Origin: Oscillospiraceae bacterium
Lineage (GTDB): Bacteria > Bacillota > Clostridia > Oscillospirales > JAGBHD01
NCBI GenBank assembly: GCA_045592865.1
Contig: JAZNVP010000069.1
Location: 1 to 51,470, forward strand
Length of the DNA stretch: 51,470 nucleotides
Direction: 5' to 3'
Both the position numbers and the translations under genes were made by a program. Shown here piece after piece: positions 37,082 to 45,300 of this stretch (its first letter is position 1; every line of letters starts with the position of its first letter). Below the pieces are notes generated by a model that had not been told where the DNA came from, did no database searches, and saw only the letters and a list, made by a program, of their open reading frames with translations.

Positions 37082-38902
37082 TTACTTTTGAAGTCTTTCG
37101 TCAAGAGCATTAAGTTCAGCTTCGATTGCCTTAGGTAATCTGTCGCCAAACTGTTTGTAGAACTCGCGAAGGTCCTTAACTTCATCCTTCCAGAGATCCT
37201 TATCAACAGCTAAGAGCTTGTCAAGAATTTCGGGAGTGATCTCGTCTTCAAGTCCTTCTAAGTTGAGGTCTTCTTTCTTGGGGAGATAACCGATAGCGGT
37301 CTCGTCTGCGTCAACGTTGCCTTCGCATCTCTCAATTATCCAATCGAGAACGCGCATATTGTCGCCAAATCCGGGCCAGATGAAGTTTCCGTCATCATCC
37401 TGCTTAAACCAGTTAACGTTGAAGATCTTAGGAGCCTTGTCGCCAAGCTTCTCGCCCATCTCGAGCCAGTGTGCCCAATAGTCGCCCATATGATATCCGC
37501 AGAAGGGCTTCATTGCCATAGGATCGTGGCGGAGAACGCCAACGGCGCCTGTTGCAGCTGCGGTGGTTTCACTGGAAACAGCAGAACCGATAAAGGTTCC
37601 GTGAGCCCAGTCGAAAGACTGATAAACAAGGGGAGTTGTCTTTGCGCGTCTGCCGCCGAAGATGATAGCCGAAACGGGAACACCGTTGGGGTTATTAAAT
37701 TCGGGGGAGATGCAGGGGCAGTTCTCAGCAGGAGCAGTAAATCTGGAGTTGGGGTGAGCTAACTTCTGAGGCTTGCCGTCAGCACCCATAACAGAGGTGA
37801 ACTCCTTGCCGTTTACCTTAGCGCCCTTCCATTCGGTTGCATTCTCGGGGGGATTCTTATCAAGACCCTCCCACCAAACAGTGTTGTTATCGTTGTTGAT
37901 AGCAACGTTGGTGAAGATGGTGTTCTTCTTAGTGGAAGCAAGAGCGTTGTAGTTAGATTTTTCGTTAGTTCCGGGAGCAACTCCGAAGAAGCCGTTCTCG
38001 GGGTTAATAGCATAAAGTCTGCCGTCGGGGCCGGGCTTCATCCAAGCGATATCGTCACCAACGGTGAAAACTTCGTAGCCCTTGGATTTATATCCCTCGG
38101 GGGGAATGAGCATTGCAAGGTTGGTTTTTCCACAAGCAGAGGGGAAAGCGGCGGTGATATACTTAACCTCGCCGTTAGGCTTTTTAAGACCGAGGATAAG
38201 CATATGCTCTGCCATCCAGCCCTCGTTTTTGCCCTGATAGGAGGCAATACGGAGAGCGAAGCACTTCTTGCCGAGAAGAACGTTTCCGCCGTAAGCCGAG
38301 TTTATAGACCAGATGGTGTTGTCCTCAGGGAAGTGAACAATGTATCTCTTCTCAGGGTCAACGTCTGCCTTGGAGTGAAGACCTCTAACGAAATCGTTAG
38401 ACTCGTCGCCGAGGTTCTCGAATGCAGCTTTGCCCATTCTTGTCATAATATTCATGTTAAGAACAACGTAGATAGAGTCGGTAAGCTCAACGCCAACCTT
38501 AGCGAGAGGTGAACCGATAGGGCCCATTGAATAGGGAATAACATACATTGTTCTGCCCTTCATAACGCCATCGTAAAGAGGGGTGAGCTTTGCATACATC
38601 TCTTCGGGGTCGCACCAGTTGTTAGTGGGACCTGCATCCTCTTTGTTCTTGCAGCAGATGAAGGTTCTATCCTCAACACGAGCAACGTCGTTAGCGCGTG
38701 TTCTGTGATAAAGACATCCGGGAAGTTCTTCCTGATTGAGTTCTGACATCTTATCCCAGCTATCGTCAGGTAAAGAGCAAACCTCTTTAGTGAGCGCGTC
38801 AAGCTGTTCTTTAGATCCGTCGATCCAAACTACCTTTTCGGGCTTGGTGAGTTCAACCATTTCGTCAACCCATTTTAACACGTTTTTGTTGTTGGTTAAC
38901 AT
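37082..38902 (-). CDS. pckG: Phosphoenolpyruvate carboxykinase (GTP)
   Basis: ATG at 38902 after AAGGAGA. Has the GTP-PEPCK blocks FPSACGKTNLAML, GDDIAWM and IFGGRR. Confidence 0.95.
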   Translation of the reverse strand: MLTNNKNVLKWVDEMVELTKPEKVVWIDGSKEQLDALTKEVCSLPDDSWDKMSELNQEELPGCLYHRTRANDVARVEDRTFICCKNKEDAGPTNNWCDPEEMYAKLTPLYDGVMKGRTMYVIPYSMGPIGSPLAKVGVELTDSIYVVLNMNIMTRMGKAAFENLGDESNDFVRGLHSKADVDPEKRYIVHFPEDNTIWSINSAYGGNVLLGKKCFALRIASYQGKNEGWMAEHMLILGLKKPNGEVKYITAAFPSACGKTNLAMLIPPEGYKSKGYEVFTVGDDIAWMKPGPDGRLYAINPENGFFGVAPGTNEKSNYNALASTKKNTIFTNVAINNDNNTVWWEGLDKNPPENATEWKGAKVNGKEFTSVMGADGKPQKLAHPNSRFTAPAENCPCISPEFNNPNGVPVSAIIFGGRRAKTTPLVYQSFDWAHGTFIGSAVSSETTAAATGAVGVLRHDPMAMKPFCGYHMGDYWAHWLEMGEKLGDKAPKIFNVNWFKQDDDGNFIWPGFGDNMRVLDWIIERCEGNVDADETAIGYLPKKEDLNLEGLEDEITPEILDKLLAVDKDLWKDEVKDLREFYKQFGDRLPKAIEAELNALDERLQK

Positions 38903-39046
38903 TTTAAATTTCTCCTTTTTATGATAAATTATTATTAAAAACGGACTTAAAAAGATAAATTTCAAATCTACCTCGTTTATCATTATAATAGAAAAAGGTC
39001 AATAAATCAAGGCGTTTTCGCAAAAATAAAAATTTTCTTTTAGATA

Positions 39047-39076
39047 TTGACAATACTTAGGATTTTATGCTATACT
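39047..39076 (+). promoter_or_regulatory. Promoter of the tRNA gene
   Basis: TTGACA, 18 nt, then TGC-TATACT. Confidence 0.6.
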
Positions 39077-39101
39077 AACGTTTGTGATTTCGAGAGAAAT
39101 C

Positions 39102-39178
39102 GGGCCTTTAGCTCAGTTGGTCAGAGCATCCGGCTCATAACCGGCAGGTCCTGGGTTCGAATCCCCGAAGGCCCACCA
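39102..39178 (+). tRNA. tRNA with CAU anticodon (elongator Met, or lysidine-type Ile2)
   Basis: 77-nt cloverleaf GGGCCTTTAGCTCAGTTGGTCAGAGC...CTCATAA...GGTTCGAATCC...GGCCCACCA with an encoded CCA. A G1-C72 pair is present and there is no GGG/CCC anticodon stem, so it is not an initiator tRNA. Confidence 0.93.
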
Positions 39179-39208
39179 AAAAAGACACCCAACAGGGTGT
39201 CTTTTTTT
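39179..39208 (+). terminator. Intrinsic terminator of the tRNA gene
   Basis: AAAGACACCC-AACA-GGGTGTCTTT followed by a T-run. Confidence 0.85.
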
Positions 39209-39210
39209 AT

Positions 39211-39320
39211 CCAAGCCAAAGGCTTGGTATGGAATCGCCGTCAGGCGTATGGCATCCCGCGTCAGCGTGTATGTCATCCGAGCGACGCTCGGATTTCATC
39301 GCGCTTTGCGCGATTTCATT
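39211..39320. repeat. Tandem array of AT-rich heptamers alternating with short GC hairpins
   Basis: CCAAGCC-AAA-GGCTTGG is followed by units of about 21 nt: TATGGAAT CGCC-GTCA-GGCG / TATGGCAT CCCGCG-TCAG-CGTG / TATGTCAT CCGAGCG-A-CGCTCGG / ATTTCAT CGCGC-TTTG-CGCG / ATTTCAT. Confidence 0.7.
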
Positions 39321-39347
39321 GAAAAGAATATAAAATTATGCTATACT
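39319..39347 (+). promoter_or_regulatory. Promoter of the HAD hydrolase gene
   Basis: TTGAAA, 17 nt, then TGC-TATACT. It shares the string TTATGCTATACTA with the tRNA promoter. Confidence 0.55.
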
Positions 39348-39364
39348 ACCCTCGAGGTGATAAT

Positions 39365-40039
39365 ATGCTTAAAGCCATACTTGTTGATATAGATAACACG
39401 CTCTTAGACTTTAACGCCTGCACCTTAAAGGCAATGAAGGAGTGCTTTTTTGAATACGGGCTTTCTTACAGGGAAGAATACTATGAGGTTTTCAGAAGAA
39501 TAAATAATGCTATGTGGGAAGAGGTTGAAAAGGGAACGCTCACCGTCCCGCGACTTTACGAGCTTCGTTGGAACACTATCTTTAAAGAACTCGGTATAGT
39601 GGCGGACGGAATATCCTTTGAAAAGAAATTCCACCGCTATATTGAAACGGGATATGAAAAGATAGAGGGTGCCGAGGAGTTTCTTTCCTATCTTTCGGAG
39701 AAATACTACGTTGCGGCGGCAAGTAACGCGCCATATGAGCAGCAGAAGGGGCGGCTTTATTCGGCAGGCCTTTTACCCTTTATAAAAGAACTCTTCGTTT
39801 CCGAGAAAATAGGGGCGCAGAAACCAGCGCCTGAGTTTTTTGACCACTGTATCGGTGCACTGGGCTTTTCCCGAGAGGAGATAATCATAATCGGCGATTC
39901 GCTTTCGGCGGATATAAAGGGAGGAATTGCGGCAGGGATAAAAACCTGTTGGTTTAATCCCGAAGAAAAGGCGCTTCCCGAGGGTGTAAATCCCGATTTT
40001 CAGATCAAAAAATTAGAAGAAATAAAAAAGATTTTATAA
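39365..40039 (+). CDS. HAD-superfamily hydrolase (YjjG-like nucleotidase subfamily)
   Basis: ATG after GAGGTGA. Motif I is ILVDIDNTLLDF, motif II is AASNA, and the C-terminal block is IIIGDSLSADIKGG. Confidence 0.82.
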   Translation: MLKAILVDIDNTLLDFNACTLKAMKECFFEYGLSYREEYYEVFRRINNAMWEEVEKGTLTVPRLYELRWNTIFKELGIVADGISFEKKFHRYIETGYEKIEGAEEFLSYLSEKYYVAAASNAPYEQQKGRLYSAGLLPFIKELFVSEKIGAQKPAPEFFDHCIGALGFSREEIIIIGDSLSADIKGGIAAGIKTCWFNPEEKALPEGVNPDFQIKKLEEIKKIL

Positions 40040-40138
40040 AATTTCAAAAAAGGGTTGAAAATAAAAAAGCTTTGATTTAATATAAGGGCAAACAAGCAAA
40101 TAAGCCAATAACTATTGATTGTGAATGGCGGTGTCCTT

Positions 40139-41521
40139 ATGAAAAAGACAGCACGGAAAGTATTCAATTCATTTAAGGATTTTATGAGTTGCGAGGTCGT
40201 CCCGTTCCACGCGGTAATGGGAATAATCCTCCCCGTTTTTGTTGACATTGCTCTGTCGGCAGTAATCGGCGTTGTTAACTCCGCAATGGTCAGCTCCTCG
40301 GGCCCCGGCGTTGTTTCGGCAACCAGCCTTACGGGAACGCTTGTCAGCATATTTCAGTGCTTGTTTTTGAGCGTTGCAACGGGCGGCGCGGTCGTTATTT
40401 CTCAGTATAAAGGAAAGGGCGATCTTAAAAAACTTAAAGAACATATGGGCGAACTGTTTTTCCTGGTGTTTTTGCTCGGTGTCTTGATTTCGGTTATTCT
40501 CTTTGTTTTTGCCCGTGAATTTTTCAACCTGCTTTACGGGAATCTCGACGATAAAACCGTTTTTGAAAACGGTATATTATATCTAAAAGGAATGGCGGCA
40601 TCAACCTTTCTGGTAGCCTTGTCGCAGGGTGTTCTCGCAACACTCAGAGGGCTTGGTGACGGTAAAGCCTGTATGGCGATATCGGTCGCTTCAAGCCTTG
40701 TCAGCATCATCTCCAACACCATAACGATCTATATTTTCCATATGGGGCTTTACGGTGTTATCATATCTATGACGCTAAACCGAATATGCGCCCTTACTCT
40801 CGGGGTAATTCTTTTAAAGAAATTCCATCCCGAACTGGAAATAAAGCCGAAAACATTTTTTGCACATAATAAAGAAAACGGAATGCGTATTATCAAGGTG
40901 GCGTCCCCGTTTGCGATAGAGAACCTTTTCTTCAGTGCAGGAAACGTTATAAACTCAACGATTCTCTCAAACTGCGGTGCTGTTGCTGTTGAGGTTAACG
41001 CCATAGTCGGATCTTTAATGATATTTCAACACGCGGCAATAGGCGTTGAGTCGGGCTCGGTTTCGATAGTCGGGCAGTGCGTTGGCGCAGGTGAGTTTAA
41101 ACAAGCAAAAAGGATGGTCAACCATTGCGTTATTTTCGCAATGTGCGCATCGGGGCTTATAGCGTGGCTTTTCGGACTGTTCGTTCCTATAATTATGGGG
41201 GCTTATAATCCGTCGGCAGAAGCGGCGGCGCTTATCCCAACCGTTTACTATATCTATGCCGTGATCTATCCTCTTGTTGCACCCTCTTCAACGGTCGGTG
41301 CGGCAGGGCTCAGAGCCTCGGGCGACGGAACATTCACCACTATCGGAGCTATGATCGCGATGTATGGCGTAAAGATCGTTTTGGGGTATACTCTTGCGGT
41401 CCGTCTCGGATGGGGGATTTTCGGAATATGCGTAGCGGCAGGCGGAGAGTGGCTCACCAGAGGTGTGTTGTTCACGCTTCGCAGGTTCTCAAAGAAATGG
41501 TGTTCGCATAAATTGATCTGA
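40139..41521 (+). CDS. MATE-family efflux transporter
   Basis: About 460 aa with 12 predicted TMs and an internally duplicated MatE-like organisation. Confidence 0.85.
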   Translation: MKKTARKVFNSFKDFMSCEVVPFHAVMGIILPVFVDIALSAVIGVVNSAMVSSSGPGVVSATSLTGTLVSIFQCLFLSVATGGAVVISQYKGKGDLKKLKEHMGELFFLVFLLGVLISVILFVFAREFFNLLYGNLDDKTVFENGILYLKGMAASTFLVALSQGVLATLRGLGDGKACMAISVASSLVSIISNTITIYIFHMGLYGVIISMTLNRICALTLGVILLKKFHPELEIKPKTFFAHNKENGMRIIKVASPFAIENLFFSAGNVINSTILSNCGAVAVEVNAIVGSLMIFQHAAIGVESGSVSIVGQCVGAGEFKQAKRMVNHCVIFAMCASGLIAWLFGLFVPIIMGAYNPSAEAAALIPTVYYIYAVIYPLVAPSSTVGAAGLRASGDGTFTTIGAMIAMYGVKIVLGYTLAVRLGWGIFGICVAAGGEWLTRGVLFTLRRFSKKWCSHKLI

Positions 41522-41588
41522 CACCCCTTGCAAAACGGGATAGACTGTGATAAAATAAATAAAAATTATAAATTTAAGGAGCTTTAAT

Positions 41589-41933
41589 ATGAATTTCTTT
41601 AATTTTGCAGCAGAGGCTGCAACCGGCACCTCTTCGGGTGCAGCGGGAGCAGGCGGAACAATGGGAACAATTTCCTATCTTTTAGTTATGGGCCTTGTTT
41701 TTGTTGCTTTCTATTTCATCCTTATTCGTCCTCAGAAGAAAAAGGAAAAAGAAGCAGCTAAAATGAGAGACAACCTCGAGATCGGTGATGAGATCATAAC
41801 CATCGGCGGAATAATCGGCAGAGTGGTTTCCATCAAAGAGGACCACATTGTTATCGAAACCGGTAGCGACCGTTCTAAGATAAGAATTAAGAAATGGGCT
41901 ATCCAGTCGAACGAAACGATTCACGATAATTAA
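41589..41933 (+). CDS. yajC: Preprotein translocase subunit YajC
   Basis: Single TM followed by FYFILIRPQKKKEKE and GDEIITIGGIIGRVVSI. Confidence 0.9.
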   Translation: MNFFNFAAEAATGTSSGAAGAGGTMGTISYLLVMGLVFVAFYFILIRPQKKKEKEAAKMRDNLEIGDEIITIGGIIGRVVSIKEDHIVIETGSDRSKIRIKKWAIQSNETIHDN

Positions 41934-42023
41934 ATAGCATAAAATTCACCCTTTCCGAATAGTTATTAACTGAACGGAAAAGGGTGTTTTTATTTGTCCG
42001 CCCTTTTCGGAAAGGCGGAAATT

Positions 42024-42401
42024 ATGAGCGAGTCAGTAGGATTAGTTAAAAAAATAAAGGTCTCACTTTTATCACTCGGTGCGGGAATTTTGGCAAGTGT
42101 TTTGTTTTTGGCGCTATTTTCGGTTCTGGTGTCAAACATATCAATGCCGCATAGCCTTTTCACGCTGTTTTCAACGGTCGCTCTCGTTATAGGAGCGCTG
42201 GTGTCGGGCCTTATAAGCGGCGCTGTCTATAAACGAAAAGGAATTCTGTGCGGCGTTATCGGTGGACTGCTTTTATACGCAGTTATATTTTTAGTCTCCC
42301 TTTTCGTGTCGGGTCAGATCGGCGTTATCGCGGTGCTCAAACTCGTTATATGCGCAGTTTCGGGCGCGGCGGGCGGCATAATAGGGGTCAACAGAGGATA
42401 A
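42024..42401 (+). CDS. Small polytopic membrane protein (TIGR04086/YrzE-like)
   Basis: ATG after GGAAAGGCGG. Four hydrophobic segments. It sits directly after yajC, as yrzE does in Bacillus. Confidence 0.6.
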   Translation: MSESVGLVKKIKVSLLSLGAGILASVLFLALFSVLVSNISMPHSLFTLFSTVALVIGALVSGLISGAVYKRKGILCGVIGGLLLYAVIFLVSLFVSGQIGVIAVLKLVICAVSGAAGGIIGVNRG

Positions 42402-42418
42402 AAAACTCGGCTCTTAGG

Positions 42419-42450
42419 CGTTGTATACGTAAGGATACAACGACAGTTTT
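42419..42450 (+). terminator. Intrinsic terminator
   Basis: CGTTGTAT-ACGTAAGG-ATACAACG followed by ACAGTTTTA. Confidence 0.6.
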
Positions 42451-42464
42451 ATTCTCCAAAGGCG

Positions 42465-42594
42465 AGTTATATTGCTTCGCAGTGATATTTGGACTAAAGT
42501 TCAAGTGATATTGCCTTCGGCAGTTTATGGCGAATAAAATATCACTAAAACCGATATGTTTTAATATCACTTTTGATTTATCAAAAATATCACT
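42465..42594. repeat. Array of the 9-mer AGTGATATT (3 forward copies including one with a mismatch, 3 inverted)
   Basis: Exact forward copies lie at 42481 and 42504. Exact AATATCACT copies lie at 42538, 42563 and 42586. A 1-mismatch copy AGTTATATT lies at 42465. Confidence 0.9.
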
Positions 42595-42606
42595 GTGAGA
42601 CAAAAT

Positions 42607-42641
42607 TAAAAGATGCACGAAATATTCGTGCATCTTTTTTT
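42607..42641. terminator. Bidirectional intrinsic terminator
   Basis: AGATGCACGAA-ATA-TTCGTGCATCT flanked by AAAA and TTTTTT. Confidence 0.85.
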
Positions 42642-43284
42642 ATAACGATAACACTATGTTTTTCAAATCTTTACTTGTTTTTGCGATATAGTCGGCACCA
42701 GCTTTTATAAGCTCGTTTTCCTCGGGGAAGCCGAACTCGGCGCCGACCGTTTTCATTCCGAACATCTTTCCCGCGAGTATATCAAACTTTCGGTCACCGA
42801 CCATAACCGAATTTTTGGGGTCGATTCCGGTTTCCTTAATTGCGTATTCGATAACCGCTTCCTTTGTTGCTCTTTCTTCCTCGAGGGTGTTTCCTGCAAC
42901 AAAGTCGAAGTATTTATATATGCCGAAATGCTTTAGTATCTCCACCGTGTAGATCTCGGGTTTGCTCGTTGCAATCAGAAGCTTTTTGCCCTTTTCTTTA
43001 AGGGCAGAGAGCATTTCTTCTGTGTGAGGGTAGATTTCATTTTCGAAAAGGCCGGTAACAGAAAAATATTCGCGGTATTTCCACATAGCCTTTACCGCCT
43101 CTTCTTCCGAGAAACCGTAATACCTCATAAAAGAATCGGTGAGCGGGGGCCCTATGAATTTATTAAGAGAGGAGAGGTTTTCGGTTTCTATCCCGTAGGA
43201 CCGAAGTGCGTAAGCCACCGATTTGGTTATGCCGAGGCTCGGGTCGGTTAGCGTTCCGTCGAGGTCAAATAAGAAGTTATCCAT
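42640..43284 (-). CDS. HAD-superfamily hydrolase (phosphoglycolate phosphatase-like)
   Basis: Motif I is FLFDLDGTLTD, followed by ATSKP and VMVGDRKFDILAG. Confidence 0.85.
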   Translation of the reverse strand: MDNFLFDLDGTLTDPSLGITKSVAYALRSYGIETENLSSLNKFIGPPLTDSFMRYYGFSEEEAVKAMWKYREYFSVTGLFENEIYPHTEEMLSALKEKGKKLLIATSKPEIYTVEILKHFGIYKYFDFVAGNTLEEERATKEAVIEYAIKETGIDPKNSVMVGDRKFDILAGKMFGMKTVGAEFGFPEENELIKAGADYIAKTSKDLKNIVLSL

Positions 43285-44179
43285 CCTTTTCCCTGCCTTT
43301 CATATTAACGCCCCAAACGCCGAGAATAATTAAAAAGGAGCAAACAAGCTCGATGGGCGAGAGACTTTCTTTCAGAATAAGAATTCCTGCGAAAAGTGAG
43401 ACGACCGTTGTAATATTTGCAAAAGAAGCGGCGCGGACCACGCTTATGTTAGCCGTCGCGTAGTTATAGAGCATAAACGCGCCAATGCTTGAAACGACCG
43501 AGAGGTAAGCTATGGAGCCCCAGAAAGAAAGGCTTCCCGTTGCCCTTAAAAGCTCTGAAGCAAACTCTCCGCGGTGGGTGAGAAGGGCGATTATATTAAA
43601 CCCGATGGCGCCGATTATAAACATAACGAAGGTTTTCTCGGAAGGAGAAAAGTGAGAGGAAACGTTCCTGCTTAAAATGTTGAACACCGCCGCGCAAACA
43701 ACTGCACCGAGAAGAAGCAGTATTCCGAGAAGCGAACTTTTGCCGCCGCTTTCGGAAACGAGACTGATAATAATAACCGAAACGAGCGAGAGAAAAGAAA
43801 AGAGAATTTGACGAAGGGTCGGCTTCTCTTTCAGAAAGACGGTCGACAGTAAAATAACGGCAACGGGAACGAGCGAGATAAGAACTCCGCTCAGTGCCGA
43901 CGAGGTGGCGTTAATACCGTAAACCTCTAAAATGAAGTATAAAAGGGGTTGGGCAACCGCCATAAGAACAAGCTTTAGCATCGGTTTGTTTTTAAAATTC
44001 AGTTTAATTATTCCGAAGCACCATAAAAGCGCCATTATAAGAGCCGCGACGGTGAAACGGACGGCAATGGTTATAATCGGCGATGCGACCGATAGCGCCA
44101 CCTTCGAAAAAAGGAAGCTGAAGCCGAATATGGTGTTGGCGGTCAGTGCCGCGAGGGCACCCTTAAGATTTTTGCTCAT
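43277..44179 (-). CDS. DMT-superfamily transporter (EamA family)
   Basis: 300 aa with 10 TMs in two EamA-like halves. Overlaps the HAD gene start by 8 nt. Confidence 0.85.
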   Translation of the reverse strand: MSKNLKGALAALTANTIFGFSFLFSKVALSVASPIITIAVRFTVAALIMALLWCFGIIKLNFKNKPMLKLVLMAVAQPLLYFILEVYGINATSSALSGVLISLVPVAVILLSTVFLKEKPTLRQILFSFLSLVSVIIISLVSESGGKSSLLGILLLLGAVVCAAVFNILSRNVSSHFSPSEKTFVMFIIGAIGFNIIALLTHRGEFASELLRATGSLSFWGSIAYLSVVSSIGAFMLYNYATANISVVRAASFANITTVVSLFAGILILKESLSPIELVCSFLIILGVWGVNMKGREKDG

Positions 44180-44291
44180 TTCGTTTTTTCCTTTGTTTTT
44201 AATGGTTAAATAATATCATAAAAAAGTTTCGGTTTCAAGTATTGACAAATGTGGAGCGCAAAGATAATATGAAGAAAAAGAGGGTGGAAAT

Positions 44292-45269
44292 GTGTTTAGT
44301 GAAAAAATGGTTTATAAAACAAAAGATGAAGAGGCGATAAAAATTCTTTCGGACTTTTTGCCCGATAAGATTTTTGATGCCCACGCGCATATATATGATA
44401 AAGGTTTTGCACCGTCGATAAACGGGGCAAGGCTCGATTTTAATAAATATAAGGAAGAGATGTCAAAACTGCTTTGCAGTCCCGAAAAGTTGGGGGCAAA
44501 CCTAATCGTTTTCCCTGAAAAATCAATGAGCGTGAAGCTAAGCGACGAAATACTGGTTTCGGAGCTTAAAGTTCACACTGATTGCGTCGGAGAGATAATC
44601 GTTCGCCCCGACGATACGGCAGAGGATATAGAAAAAAGGATTGTTCACAAAAACATAAAGGGATTTAAATGCTATCACGTTTTTGCAAAGCGCGAGGATA
44701 CCTGGAATGCAGATATCGGAGAATATCTTCCCGAAAGCGCTTTTGAGGTTGCCGAAAAATACGGAATGGTAATAACGCTTCATATGGTTAAGGATAGGTC
44801 TTTAGCTGATGAAGAAAATATAAAATATATTCGCAAAATGGCGGTAAGATACCCGAATGCAAAACTTATCTTAGCCCACGCGGCAAGGTCGTTTGCTTCA
44901 TGGACGGGTGTTGAAGCGGTCGAACGGGTTGCAGATTTAGAAAACGTATGGTTTGATTTTTCTGCAGTCTGCGAGTCTCCTGCAATGTTTCAGATAATGA
45001 AAAAAGCGGGGAACCAAAGATGTATGTGGGGAAGCGACTATCCCGTTTGCCGCCCGAGAGGAAAGTGTGTTTCTCTTGCCGACGGGTTTTATTGGATCTA
45101 TGAGAGTGATCTTAAAAACTTCCAAAGTAATACTCCTATAAATGACTGGCCGATTGCTGTCGAGGGGCTTATGGCGGTTCGTCAGGCGTGTCTGATGGCC
45201 GACTTAGGAAGAAAAGAAATAGAGGATCTTTTCTATAATAACGCAATAAGACTTTGGGGTCTTAAATGA
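44292..45269 (+). CDS. Amidohydrolase-family (TIM-barrel metal hydrolase) protein
   Basis: FDAHAHIY near the N-terminus, LILAHAA and WGSDYP blocks. GTG start after GAGGGTGG. Confidence 0.72.
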   Translation: MFSEKMVYKTKDEEAIKILSDFLPDKIFDAHAHIYDKGFAPSINGARLDFNKYKEEMSKLLCSPEKLGANLIVFPEKSMSVKLSDEILVSELKVHTDCVGEIIVRPDDTAEDIEKRIVHKNIKGFKCYHVFAKREDTWNADIGEYLPESAFEVAEKYGMVITLHMVKDRSLADEENIKYIRKMAVRYPNAKLILAHAARSFASWTGVEAVERVADLENVWFDFSAVCESPAMFQIMKKAGNQRCMWGSDYPVCRPRGKCVSLADGFYWIYESDLKNFQSNTPINDWPIAVEGLMAVRQACLMADLGRKEIEDLFYNNAIRLWGLK

Positions 45270-45300
45270 AAAACGCCCGTGGAAACACGGGCGGCTTTTT
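45270..45300. terminator. Bidirectional intrinsic terminator
   Basis: CGCCCGTG-GAAA-CACGGGCG flanked by AAAAA and TTTTTT. Confidence 0.85.

Noticed and set aside
39047-39322. 91-aa plus-strand ORF.
   Set aside because: It reads straight through the tRNA gene, its terminator and the hairpin array. It is an artefact of ORF calling.
39211-42594. Possible CRISPR arrays (the hairpin array at 39211-39320 and the 9-mer array at 42465-42594).
   Set aside because: The repeat units are 7-9 nt with a period of about 16-34 nt, far below CRISPR repeat and spacer sizes. The orientation flips within the 9-mer array, and there are no cas genes in the window.
42388-42633. 81-aa minus-strand ORF covering the 9-mer array.
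   Set aside because: Its ATG lies inside the stem of the bidirectional terminator at 42607-42641 and it has no RBS. The periodic peptide (SDIF/SDIL...) simply reflects the DNA repeats.
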